Shown here: positions 46,163 to 58,516 of the stretch, piece after piece | How the letters are laid out: the number at the start of each line of letters is the position of its first letter | Numbering within the stretch: position 1 is the stretch's first letter | NCBI GenBank assembly: GCA_000708835.1 | Contig: DF237504.1 | Coordinates: 1-58,516, forward strand | DNA: 58,516 nucleotides | Direction: 5' to 3' | Source of the DNA: Klebsormidium nitens | Taxonomy: Eukaryota > Plantae > Klebsormidiophyceae | Made by a program: the position numbers and the translations under genes | Notes under the pieces: model-generated | What the model saw: only the letters and a program-made list of their open reading frames with translations | Databases searched by the model: none | Told to the model about the DNA's origin: nothing

Positions 46163-49100
46163 CTACGCAGCTAACAGGGTCCGGAGCTCTCGTAGCTGGT
46201 TGACATCAACCTTGATAGATGGGCCCATTGTGCTGCTCACGTAGACACTCTTCCAGTACACCCCCTTCGATCCCGTCGGCCGGTTCACCTCAATCGAGTT
46301 CTGCATTGGAACGCAACAACAATAAGCAACTGATCTTCTGAAGAGGCCCGGAAAAACTGTGGCAGTACGTTTGAAGGCAACCTCAGAGCTTTCCATGAGC
46401 AATCCCACACATCTATGGCAAGAACATGAGAAACCCAGGGTGGGTGATGAAGGTGAAAGCAACGCAGCTGTTCGCCGTTCACACAACCACTATGCGCAAA
46501 ACCAGGAGAGCATCTGCCGCGTCCTTGTGGCGCCCCCTCTTTCACTGCCATTCTCGTCGTATCCAGCCAAGTGGTGATTGCCTACAGCTCTTTCAAGGCG
46601 CTTTCCCCGTGGCACTTACCGTCACAGCGGCCAGGTTGATAAGCAGGTCCTCGTCCTTGAAGTTGGCCTTTCCGAAGGACAAGTGGACGATGCCCGTCTT
46701 GTCCGCACGGTATTCTACCTTTCCGGCCTTGAACTCGACCACAGCCTGCGCCATGCGAACCAGGGTCAGAAATTGGGCAGAGAAACAGGGAACCGGAAGA
46801 GCGGAACAAGAGAGGTAAAATAATCGATGATAGATGGCTGTGGAAGCTCCGATGTCGGTGTATGTCGCAAAAAGGTCAAGTGAGGATAGAGGGCGAGGGG
46901 GCGACGGCCTTTCAAAGTCGAACTCGTTTTCGGCAGAGCTGATGAACCATACAGTGCCAGAACTCTTCACCACACAGGCGTGTTCGTACTCGTGTTTTTG
47001 GGAAAAAAGTCCCAAGAACGAGACTCGCAAATGGTCTGCTGTCTATTTAGGGGCCAAGCGCAACAACCGTCGCAAGCATGCCAACTTCGTCAGCTCATGT
47101 TGGAGATAACGGAATGTTGCTTCGCCCCAGCGACCCGAATGATTTTCTTGGGACCGGCAGAGCTTTGAAACAAGTAACACGCAACAAATTGCAAAAAATG
47201 AACACGAGTGTGTGTGCTTACCTCAGCAATGTTCGGCGTGACGGTTCCGGCCTTAGGGTTGGGCATCAGCCCCCTAGGTCCGAGCATTCTCCCGAGCTTG
47301 GCAACCTGGAGACAAAGGGACGGATCGGGTCAGATGCTGGAGGAAGAAACGCGAATCTGTGACGTCCAACTTTGCGACGACTGCAAATGTGGGCCTTGCG
47401 CTTAATGCATTTGACCATTGCAAAACTGAACATTCTTGCTTCGTCCCACAATCCAAACACCGTCATTGCCATGCAGATCTCCCGAAATGCAGTACGTGAG
47501 AGATATCCAGTCTCAAGCGAGCATGCAGAAACGATACGATTCAGCCTCCAATGTTGTCTATCATAGCGAGCCTAAAAACTATAAAACAACCTTCGAGACC
47601 CCAGCGACATGTTAAATCAATTTTAACAGTAGCTGTACCACCTTCATCGAAGCACAAGCCCCGGAAGGAAGCGTCTGGATCAAGCTCTCTACAACGACGC
47701 CCCTCCAAGCGCCTGCCGCAGTCAATACCCTTCCAAAAAGGTGTGATGACGCTTTCTTCTGGACCCAATCTCAGAGCCTTTTGGAACAAGTGCAGACGAT
47801 ACAATCTACTAATTGGTTAGAGAAACTGTCCAACACCCGACATAGTATTTGCTTCAACTGTCCACTATTCGGGCTGTTGGCTCGTCATACTCGCCAGACC
47901 CCAAAGTATCCTTTCAAAAGGTGGAAACGAAGCTGAAACGACGCACTTCGACAACTCACCTTAGGCATCATATCGGGGGTGGCAATCAACTTGTCAAACT
48001 CCATGAACCCCCCCTGGATCTGCTCGATCAAGTCCTCTCCCCCAACAATGTCTGCTCCCGCCTCCTTTGCAGCGGCCACCTGTTCCCCCTGGGTCAGGAC
48101 GGCTACCCGCACAACCTGACCGGTGCCCTTGGGAAGCGACACCTGGCAATAAGCGGTTGAGAGGCACACGTTATTCTCAAGCTCGGAAGCTTAGGACCTA
48201 CCTAAAAGGCTTGCAGGGTGTGAAATTAGAAGTAAGTAGTACCCAACTTCTCTGAGGGTCTGAGCACTTACAACATAATAAAGGAGCAACAGAAAGCAGG
48301 TCGTATGTTGTAAAGGTGAAGGATGGGGGCAACAAACTCGGCAGCAGTCTGATTTAGCTCATTATCTATGAGTTGAAGGTAGCCAAACATTCAACAAAAG
48401 CCAGAAACGAATCCCACTCCAAAATTCGAAGGAAGCAGAACAAACAACCGCGTGAGAAGTGATGCGACATGAGATGGCCTGCAGAGAGACAGGGAACCAA
48501 AAAACGACAGGAAACCACTCAACAAAAGGCAACGGCAGGGAGCGGCAAACGAAGCTACCCTGCAACAATCCCAGAAGAAAACTACAAAAGGCATCCTAAA
48601 CTAGGATGAGATGCAAAAACTCACGGTGGCACGGAGCTGTTGGTCGGTGTACTTGGGGTCAATGTTGAGGCGGAAGTGCGCCTCGGCCGCCTCCACGAAC
48701 TTGGCATTGGCGCTGTTCTTGACGATCTGGATGGCTGTGTTGGGGTCATACACCTGCTGCTTCACACGACCCTTGGAAGTCTTCAAGTACCGCACCGATC
48801 GTTTCTGCAAGGTGTGGGGTCTCGAGCTTTAGACCTTTTTGACATTCTGCAAACTGGGGTTTAAAAGGTTGAGAATTGAGGGACATGAGGCCACGCAACC
48901 TCGACGAACTCCAAGCACCAATGGCCTTATGATATGGAAGATCGCTCTCGTGCATTTTCCAGGGTTGGAGAAGTATAGCAAACTTTCTTTACGCAGCTTT
49001 TCTGTGCAAGTAAATACGATTGTTGCTTTGTGTGGCCCTTGGCAACCTCCAAAAACTGCACGGTCCCCAGGTACCGCACGGAGGGGTCTCCACAGGATGG

Positions 49101-50706
49101 TTTGGGGCTTCTGGGGCTGACGCCATTAAGGCTCCTGGAGTTGCTGGGGGACTCGACATAAGATGATTTTAAAGCAGGAAAGGGAAAAATGGGGCCAGGT
49201 GCCTAACACAACTATGCACAACCGACGGGTTGGAGCAATAGAAGGTTTACATAATTGCAGGAGGGGGAAAAGGCAACGCATCAAACTAGTTGCTCATGAG
49301 GGTGCACCTGATGATGCAATTTTGAGCTGTGAAGCAGGACTTGCTGCCCCAAGCTATGCAGGCACAGCGACGAAAATAGTAAACTGACGGAGCCTCCAGA
49401 AGAAGAAGAGCGCCTATGTTCAAACGAGCACGGCAAGCAAGGCTCTTCATGCAAGAGATGGATTATGTCACGGCTCATTTGAACCGTGAACTGAGGCTCA
49501 TCTCAGATTGGCAACACAAAAATGACTAGTTCCCACCAAATATGACGACAAGACACAGTGCTGGCTACCACAACCCCATCAAACCTGCCAGAATGTCGGC
49601 CCTTGCGCCGTGAACAGATACCGAAATTAGTTTATGCAAGGATCCAGAGCGCAAAAAATGCAAGTGATCGCTCGGCTGTGAGGAAGCGGAACTGGCTGCA
49701 GAGCATTCACACTTAAGAGGAGGAGGAGCGAATTATTACTGCAGCCTGAGTTTGCTGGAGGTGACAGCTCAGGCAAAATCTGTTTGCTCTCACATTGCAC
49801 AAGAGTGGCACACAAATGGACACAAGAATCATCATGAAAGATGCGCGGGTGCTGGTAAATGCACGCTGAAGATGGAGGTGAGGGCCAGATATTGACAGGG
49901 CAGCAATTTGCATTGCAGGTCCGATGAACTGTCTTCAAACCCAAAAGCGGACGGGCAATGCAATGTGCGAGCCATTTTGCATGCCCTCGCGCTACAGATG
50001 TACAAGTTTCTATGATATCAAGAATGTCTTTAAAAAGAATAGTTAAAGAAGACGACTTCAAAATCAGGGGTCCAATGATCAATCTTCTTGCTGGCAAAAC
50101 GCCGCTCTGTCATCAGACCCTCAGAGCTATTATGAAATCAAGCCTAGCTCACTCAAGATAAGAAGGCGTAACAAGAGTGGGCAGCTTCCGACAGAACCAA
50201 TGCAGCTGCATCTCGTTTCTGCTCACAAACCATCAAGGCTGCGTCCCTCTTCCGACAAGTAGTAGCTTACTGTGAAGCACTACACTCCCACCATTACCAG
50301 CATCCTTAGCTCTTAATCCGTCCCCACATTCTCAAACCCAACCCATCCATCCATCAAACCTTCACATTCTGAAGCAAATGCTCAGTCACCAAAGCCAGCA
50401 CTGACTCACCCTATCCTTTCCTGATAGCACGCTCCTCAGCGTCTGCTTCTTTGCCCTTGTCGGCGCGGCCGGTTTCACCTCCTCTTCCTCATCCTCCTCA
50501 ACCTCCGCCTCGGCAACCGCCATTACCGGGCGAGCCCCTTCCCGCCTCCCATTTGCAACCCTGTGCACTTTTCTCTGCACAATCCTTGTGAAACCACAAG
50601 GCCGGACGAAACTAGGCGTGGCTGCCGCCCGGTTTGTAAGCGCCCCAACCCTGGCCAAGGAGCGGACGCCAACCGAGGCGGCGCAGCGCACGGTGACAGC
50701 ATTCAT
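46163..50706 (-). CDS. RPL1: Plastid 50S ribosomal protein L1 precursor, 6 exons, 335 aa
   Basis: Exons 50706-50410, 48804-48625, 48142-47960, 47305-47222, 46745-46620, 46300-46163 (all phase 0). uL1 motifs [58 protein letters not shown]; transit-peptide-like N-terminus. Confidence 0.96.
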
Positions 50707-50926
50707 GATACCTGCTCCGGCGTGCTCGCCACCCAGGCCTAGTGTCGATCTCTAGTCCGTCTCCTGACCAAAAACCCTGTGCCAATGGCTGTGGTTCGAC
50801 TTCCTAGCAAGCTCCAGGAAGAGGCCACCTAGCTTGAAATTGTTCAAAGTAGGCTGTCGCGCCTCTTCCGATTCCCCTCTCTGTCTTCCGAGTCTCTCTC
50901 CCCTCCGTCTCTCTGTCTGTCTGTGC

Positions 50927-50934
50927 AAACCCTA
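50927..50934. promoter_or_regulatory. Telo-box (AAACCCTA) in the short divergent RPL1/PTP1 intergenic region
   Basis: Exact motif; telo-boxes are established features near plant ribosomal protein genes. Confidence 0.5.
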
Positions 50935-50936
50935 AA

Positions 50937-53900
50937 ATGCAGTCCCCCGGTCGAATTAGCCAGCTGGTTACGGTAATCAGGTCAAAGGGTAAGCCTTTTC
51001 GTGAGGAGTCCTTGAGTCTGCCGACCGGAGCAAACCCGTGTTTGTACCGCTAACCTCGCGATAAGGTCCCCGGGAAATGGCGGATGAGAACGGAAGGCGG
51101 AATGGCGGTCTCTTCGGTTCCTTTGCTCCACTTGGCACAAAACTGTTTCAGGAGCGTTTTGGGAGAAGATTTTGGAGGAGCGCCTGGGAGCTGCAATCTC
51201 TTGCTTCATTCTCCCTCAGAGTCAACGTTGCCTGGTGTCATTGGAACCAGGAAGAAGGCAAGCACAGATTATCTCTGATCAAAAGTGGCAGGTTTTGAAC
51301 TGCTTGCCTTTTAGCTCATCTGCGATGTGGCAGGCACGCCTAGTCAGCATTTAGCTCAGCATTCGCAGATCCAAGACCTGGCAGTATGGGGGGCAGCCAC
51401 GCGGCGAGCCCAACCACCCCCAGCCCTGTTGGCACCTTCTCTTTGAGGAAGGCAAGCTTTGAGGAAGATCCAGTGAAGCTGACCCCGGTTGAGCTGGAGA
51501 ACTGCAAAGCGGCATTGGCCGTGCTGCAAGAGAGGCTGCGTGTACATGATGGGGTTGAACATGAGTACTCTGCTCTGCAGGTGAGGTAGTCATGTCGACT
51601 TTCAGTTGGTAGGTGTTTCAGATGCTTGCAAGTAAAGGAGGATTCCTCATTAATCAAGCCAATGAACACTTATCGCCGGGTGCTCCTTATGTCAATGCGT
51701 GAGAGCAGGCTTTTGGTCCTTGCATTGGCCACCTGCACGAAGAAGGTCGCACGTGCGATCAAGGAGGGTTGCTCAGCGGATGGACCGTTCCATGAGAGCA
51801 GCTGACTCAGGAAGAATTTGATAAGCTCTGCAAGCAGCTTTCCAAAAACACAGTACAGTTTCGAGCTTCAAAGCATACTAGTGGCAGATTGGCGTGTGGA
51901 GTTCCATCTGTGATCGAGATGCAGACTGGTTCTTCTTTCATTGAATCAGCACCTCATGATAAGAGAAGCGGCCTTCTTTGGTGATTGCTAGGGTGGTCAG
52001 TATTACCCTGGTTTGCTCTGTCAGCAATGATACTGGCTATCCTAAGCCCTTGGTCAATTCGTTGCTCTTAGTTGATGGGGGAGTATCATGAAAGGGGACA
52101 CACATGCATCACATGGCACCGCATGTGCACAGCAACTTGTTCCTGCACACATACCAGCATTTAGTTGCTCGTGTAAGCATTGCACTGGCGGAGCCACTCA
52201 CAGTAGCTTTCAGGATGGGTATCAAGTGTCAAGGCTAAGGAGACCGCATTCCGCTGTTCAATCTTTCACACCAGTGTTCTTTCCTGAATGAACTACAGGC
52301 AGAGACAATCACCAGCAGTCTGCTGATAGACACGGAGGTGATGCAGTGCGCACGTGACCCCGCCAACTCCAAGAAAAACCGATACCTCGACGTCCTTCCT
52401 TGTATCCTCAAGCCACCCAGCCAATCCTGTCATTTGCAGTTTCTCCTTGCTTGGAAATGTTTCACATGCCTTGTTGCAAACCGGGCGAGAGTATGGGAAC
52501 ACCGGTGCCTTTGTTAGATACAAGTCAGTGCCACCGGTTTGCCCCTTCAGGCAAAAGTTGTCTCATTCCAAAGCCCGAAAAGCTAGCAGCTCTGGAAAGC
52601 ATGTCCTGGCCACATGTGCAACTCCGCCTGAACAACAGGACAGCTTACTTCAGACCCACATCTGGCCCCCGTTAGCACAAGCGCTATAAAAGTCTGCAGA
52701 CTCTCAGTTCCGACGGTTGTGGCAGGTTTGCACTTGTTTAAATTGGCTGCTGTGAATCTGGAAGCCTTCCCAAACAGAAGGAACTTTAGTATGATCTCCG
52801 TCGGAACCTGCTTAGTTGACAGATTGCTGGTTGTTGTCCTTGATTCCCCTCCGCCTCAGTCGACGACAATCGTGTACTGCTCCAACCAGAGTCCTCAAAC
52901 GGGGAAGCGTCTGACTACATAAATGCCAGCTATGTCTATGTAAGTTTCCTTCTTCCTCTCCCTCTTCGGACGGTGGAATTGACCGGAAACTCCGTCTGCT
53001 TGTCAATGCATCTAGCTTACCATTTGAGTGCTCTTGGTTAGGCCTGGTTTGGAGAGGATTGGATCACTAGTAACTGCCGTTTATGAACATAGTCGATTGA
53101 TTGGTGGATCTTCTGGTCCCATTCATCGCCCGCGCCCTTGTCGAATCCTTTGAACAATCTCCCAAGGTGCTTCGCTTTAGAAAGACCTATTCCAAACGTG
53201 ATCTTTCTGATCGACATCCACGTCTCGTGAAGCACCTTGCTGCCATACGCTCCAGCACGCTTGTCTTAAACGAACCCCCCAAAAATTGGGTATGCATTCG
53301 ATGTATGCGGGGCTTGCCATTCGCTTTGATAGCGCTATCCCCTCACAGAAGAAGCTGAAGAAGACACCTTGCCTTTCTGGCATGATTACGAACCCTGGCT
53401 CTCTGAGTCTGATTTCGGCGGTCCCTCCGGGGCACTTAAAACCCCAGTAACTTGCATACCCGGCCGCTACGCGTCCAAGCTGAATAGTCGCACCTTTTTC
53501 ACCACTTGAGCAGGATCATAAATGCGTTCCTTAACCAATTTGTCTTTGAGCCATACTTACAATCCTCGTCTCACCTAAGAGCCATTGCACCTTGAATCCG
53601 TGTTACCCGGGGCAAGCAAATCAACATAATCCATCCAACATAATTACGTGCTCTGCAACCGAACCCACCTTAACACAACCGTCTCCCGGGCGCCTATTCT
53701 GAGCGAAATGGCTCTCAAGTGAAAGGGGAGTTATCAGTCTTCGAGCCCAGATTTTCTGGGGCTTATCTCTTTTTCTGCTCGGCAGGACTCCGACCGGCCC
53801 GACCTGCCCAAGTATATCGCCACCCAGGGCCCGCTCCCCGCCACCACGGAGGACTTCTGGGCCATGGTTATTCAGCAGAGGTGCCAGGCGATCATCTCGC

Positions 53901-56501
53901 TGACGCGAGAGGTAGAAAGGGACAGAGTGAGGGGCCCCCTTGGTTTCTAATGGGAGATTACATACATGGATGTTCGTGCATACGTCGACTCTGAGCGGCT
54001 CTCGTCCTTTTTGAAGACGGGCGTTGTCTGTGACGAGTGGACTGACGCTGATCCAGATGCTCTTTCTCAAATCGATCAATGGTGGGGGGGCGATCCGCTG
54101 AGCATCTTGGTGATCTCTTGCCAACGAAAAGTGCAAAGTCTTCAACTCGACTTTGGCGCCAAATTTGAGTTAGATCTGAGCAGAAAGGTCGCACATCTTG
54201 GCGTTGATGTCTCGCTTTCAAATCGATCGTGCGAAGTATTCTCCTCAAGAACCTCGTGTAAGGGAACGGGAGCCCACCTGGCGTGGATGCGCTGATGCGT
54301 CCTGCAAGATCCGCAGCCCAAAAATATTCTAGCTGCTTTCACTGAAGTCGGAAAGAATATCCTCTTTGAGGGCCTTTGGTGTGGCTTTCTGAAGAAGTAC
54401 GTCTCGCATGTTCGCCTGAGCAGAGACTGAAGTGCAAACCAGATTTGGCAGTGAACACTCAAATCGTCTCGGAAACTTCGTCCGTTTTGCGACCAGCCCA
54501 AACTCGGGACAAAGGTCGCGAGTCCAAACTCTTCCAACCAGCCCAGACCTTGGAAAGAGTTTGCGGACCATGGTATGAGACCACCGTCTAAGCAAGCTCA
54601 TCCGCTTCGCTTTATCTGCCCGCTTGTCATCAATACAACACAGAGTCCCGTAAGAACTTCACAGACCCTGCGTGATTGCGTGTCGGGGGCTGGAGGTTAC
54701 AAAAGCAGACCAAGGTGCACTCTCTAACCCGTACCTCCTAACCCACCCCGTTTTCTGGTACACACCTTCTAACCCTGGCTTTGAGATCCGTGCAGCCAAA
54801 GTGCGCGCACTATTTCCCCGAGGCTGCGGGGCAGGCGGAGCGCTACGGGCACATAGTGGTCGCGACACGGGAGGTGACGTACCTGCAACAGGGCCTGATC
54901 GCCCGGCGAATGATCGAAGTCGCTAGCACGGTAAGGGCGGGGCGGGGAGGGGGCTTGCATTCGAGCCTGTTCGAGCACAGGCCCGTTTCAGGTCTTCGCA
55001 AACGTCGTCGTACGTATGTGAGGTTCTGGATTTCATTTCGAAGGGCCCAAAGGATTTTTCCGTTTTAGGAGAGTCAAAGGAGCTGCTAGAGAAAGCACCT
55101 TTGCTGCTTTATACTGGAAAGAGTACTTAAGGAATCAGCAGAATGTTTCGGAACCAGTACCGGGCTGATGTTGCATCACACCCCTTACTTCAGCGTTGGC
55201 AGCCTTTCCAGAGATGTGGTTTGCATAGACATTATGTAGTTGGTGCTGTTTTTTGTAACTTTTTTAGTCTTCCTGAGCAGAGCGCGAGTAATAATGTCAG
55301 CTGGGGTAGAGGTGATGGACGATGAAGGACGGGGGTTTGGTCGGTAGCAGCCTTGTGCAAACGGGGAGTTCAGGGAACTGATAAGTTGGCGAGAACGGTG
55401 TTTCTGACATAGATTATTGGGCAATCTGCTTAGAGAGACTGTTGGTGGAGAGCAAGCACTGGCGACAGATCAGCGGCTGGCTGGCACAAATCTCTTACGA
55501 GCAAGATGCTGGACGTAAGAAGATGTGGGCAAGAAAAGTACCATTTTAGAACCGCCTCAAGAGCGGGATATTTCGGGGGTACCTAAGGCACCTCGTACAG
55601 GGCGCCAATAGATTTTTACGTCCCAGGGAACCGTGACGAAATGACGAACGGCTGGTTGGACAAGGCGTGACTTGTTCGAAGAGGAGGCGACAGAGCTCAT
55701 GTTAAGTTACAGGAATACGCGTCCAAGATGAATGTCCTCAAACAGTCCCAGGGTCAGAAATCTCGCTTATGCGGGTGCACAATGAGAAAAGTTTTTTCGA
55801 CGAGTGCTTTACCCACATCAAGAGGTACCCGTCGAACGACCACGGTAAGGTTTCTGTCCAGCTTTGAATACTAAACCCCGTCGCTTCTTGCACCAGGCTT
55901 CCGCCAGTCCCCCGCTCGTCCTCCCCCACTACCACTACCTCGACTGGCCGGATCACGGGGTTCCGGCCTCGACGTCCGTCATCCGAGGTCTTTTGCGGCA
56001 CCTTCGGCTGTCCCTGCCCCCCTCCTCGCCGCCAATCGTCATCCACTGCAGCGCCGGGATCGGACGGTCCGGAACGTTCCTCACGGTGGACTACACCGTC
56101 CGGAGGGCTTTGTCCGGGGACCTTTCGGCCATGGACATTGCGGAGACGGTGAAGAAGCTGCGGGCGTTGCGGGGGGGCATGGTCCAAACTAGGGTGAGTG
56201 CCGTAAGCTTTTTCCCCAATACGAGTTGTGTGCCCAGATGTTGGTTGAATTGCTACACATATGGAATCCAAGCGCACAAGGAGCGGGGCCGATCTTCGGA
56301 TCGGTCCAGTCTCCTCGCTCTTGAAAGGTCGCTGTTTGTCATTGTATCATAGTGTCTTGCTTGAGACATCATCTTGCCTGAGCGACTGTAGAGAGGACAC
56401 CAACCGCAGAAAATTGATTTTTCATGCAGGACCAATATCGGTTCTGTTATATTGCCGTTAGGGAGGAGTTAGAAGACCTAGTTGCATGGGGAAGCGGCTA
56501 G
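50937..56501 (+). CDS. PTP1: Classical tyrosine-specific protein phosphatase PTP1, 8 exons, ~363 aa (first exon tentative; alternative start ATG 51386)
   Basis: Exons 50937-50988, 51369-51580, 52299-52401, 52860-52939, 53786-53926, 54796-54930, 55897-56193, 56430-56501. Motifs [47 protein letters not shown]. Confidence 0.95.
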
Positions 56502-57954
56502 GATAAGCTGAAAACTCACAAGCCCACGGGCGCACTTGATTACACGAGGCATACTCGCCCCTTTCGAACGTAGATCTATGTCATTTGTTTTAGTGACGCA
56601 GATAGGTGTAGAAACCTATGGTTCTCCAAGAGGCAACGAACATGTGGGGCGTGGTCGCAATTGTCCACAGAAGGTGAGGGTCTGACATGTGGAACTCGAT
56701 TGCGTTGTAAAATTGGGTGACTTGCGAAGGGACTGTATGGCGCTCTATGGTTTCAAGGGACTGTATGGCGCTCTATGGTTTCCAGGCTCACTCTGCTAGC
56801 TCGAGCAAAATCTTTAGAACTAGCTAGTCCCAAATAGGATTTAAGCATGACGCACGACGATGGTCACCGGTCTTGTAAAGGTGCTTTGATTTGTTGCCAT
56901 CATCTAATCCACGATATGATCCCGTTGCCTTAAGCAGATTTGAACCTCCATGCATGGTCGATATGCGTGTAAATGAAACAATTGCCGTTCACTCATGACA
57001 ACATGTAATGATTAGTACCTCTCCTCGTATATGTATTATAATCCTCTCTTCTATCCGGGTCGAATCTATAATGGTGACGGGCATATCGGGTTACAAAACG
57101 CGTGCCAATTGGATCGATCAGGTAATGCATGCATGCCCGACAAATTGATCCCTGGGTAAGTCCGAGATATTTTCCTTGTAGTGCCAAGAAGACAAAAAGT
57201 GGTTCCGACATTTTGCACTACATTTTGCATTATCATCGGATGCGGGTTCAACTCGTTCTGCGCAATCAATTCCCGCGGCCCCCGGCCCCGATCGTTACTG
57301 CTTTCACAAACATGGCGGGGACCATCGTACCTACATGAGACCTACATCCGATGCACACATGCATAAGGTGATTGCAGGCCCGTGAGGCAACTTCCTGACG
57401 GCCCTCCAAAGGGCCCACCGTCCGATCCCTCACGATATACCTAGGTGTATAAATCACTGCTCACTCAGTGGCATGGTGGCATCCAATGACAGGTTGTCGC
57501 TGTACTATTAAGGCACAAAGGCACGGGCGCAGCCTCAAAACCCGGTGATCCTTCATCGTGACTCTTACACCGACCGATCTGAGAATCGGACGGCACACAC
57601 AGTGGTATAACGGGCCCTAGCCTCTAGGCTTATATGGCAGTTTCAGAAATTCCACAATTTGGCGCGAACGAGAAGCTGACGCGGTATTCGAGAATGAACG
57701 ATTCAGATGAGTTGTGAAAATCGTGAGAAAGCGTCTATCGACGGCCGAGACACCGCCCGATGACATCTCTGGTAACGCACCTTGGTACGACACCTTCGCG
57801 TCCGGCGTCATCCTCGGGCAGTGACAGCCATATGATTGCGATGGTGAAATTTGTGTCAGCAAAATGCCCACCGGGGGGAAGGATCTATGTTACGGACCCA
57901 GCGCCTGCGGAACGACGGAGCTTCTCCGAGTCGTGATTGGAGAGTCTTGCCAAG

Positions 57955-58350
57955 CAGTGTTCGTGGCGAAACCTAATTGATTTCGCCAATTAGGTTTGCG
58001 CATTAGCTTGCGCATATTCGCGCAAACGGAGGAGTTTGCGCAGGCTGGCGAAATTATGCGCGGCCGCGCGGCCGCGCATAGGCGCGCGGGCGTAAAACGC
58101 CTGTGTCAATGACATTCTGGGCTCAGGTGGCAGTTACATTTGACCTTGTACGAGAAGTCTGCCTTCGAGGCGCGGCTGATAGGTGGGTTAGCGTCAGACC
58201 ATCACCTATTTTAGCACTCAGTCATAGGCTGGGGCGCCCGAATTCGCATAAGCATACAGATAGTTTCGCCAATTTCGCCAATTAGGGTGAATTTGCGCTG
58301 CAGCAATTAGTGTTTGCGCATTTCCGAAAACAATTTCGCCACGATCGCTG
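57955..58350. mobile_element. hAT-like MITE (~396 bp) with 17-bp imperfect TIRs
   Basis: CAGTGTTCGTGGCGAAA (57955-57971) versus TTTCGCCACGATCGCTG (58334-58350), 15/17 complementary; many subterminal TTCGCCAAT/TTTGCGCA motifs; no 8-bp TSD seen. Confidence 0.65.
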
Positions 58351-58516
58351 TACTGCACTAGGAAGACCACCGGAACGCTGGGACCACTAGCAGTTTACAA
58401 TAAACACCACTCCTAGTTCCCACTCCCGTATGGCTCAGAGTTATACTAACCCACAGCTAACTGTCAGCGTAACTCAGCGTGGAGCTACAGACAACTTAAC
58501 TATCGATTCAACAGGC

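Noticed and set aside
26032-50706. Functional plastid gene cluster (zinc-finger, ABCD2, RPL1)
   Set aside because: No shared pathway; interleaved with ER-type DWF5; co-location is compatible with chance.
56729-56782. 26-bp direct repeat downstream of PTP1
   Set aside because: Simple two-copy slippage duplication with no further structure.

Overview
Eukaryotic, intron-rich nuclear DNA. Land-plant-like orthologues, GT-AG introns with CTRAC/CTAAC branch sites and telo-boxes suggest a streptophyte alga such as Klebsormidium (inference). Four complete housekeeping genes were reconstructed exon by exon with consistent phases: sterol delta-7 reductase DWF5 (-), plastid-type ABCD2 half-transporter (+), plastid ribosomal protein L1 (-) and protein tyrosine phosphatase PTP1 (+). 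There is also an intronless CDS with four phage-like C4 zinc-finger repeats and a probable transit peptide, and a very large acidic, repeat-rich gene that may span an 8.2-kb satellite-containing intron. The left ~9 kb is a decayed zone: an LTR-retroelement fragment with a nested TIR/TSD-bounded MITE, and two intron-containing genes broken by in-frame TAG codons. The most unusual pattern is that at least five introns of DWF5 and ABCD2 contain tandem, decaying copies of their own splice site plus part of the adjacent exon ('junction echoes'), some with intact-looking branch point, pyrimidine tract and AG. No CRISPR array, rRNA or tRNA gene was found.
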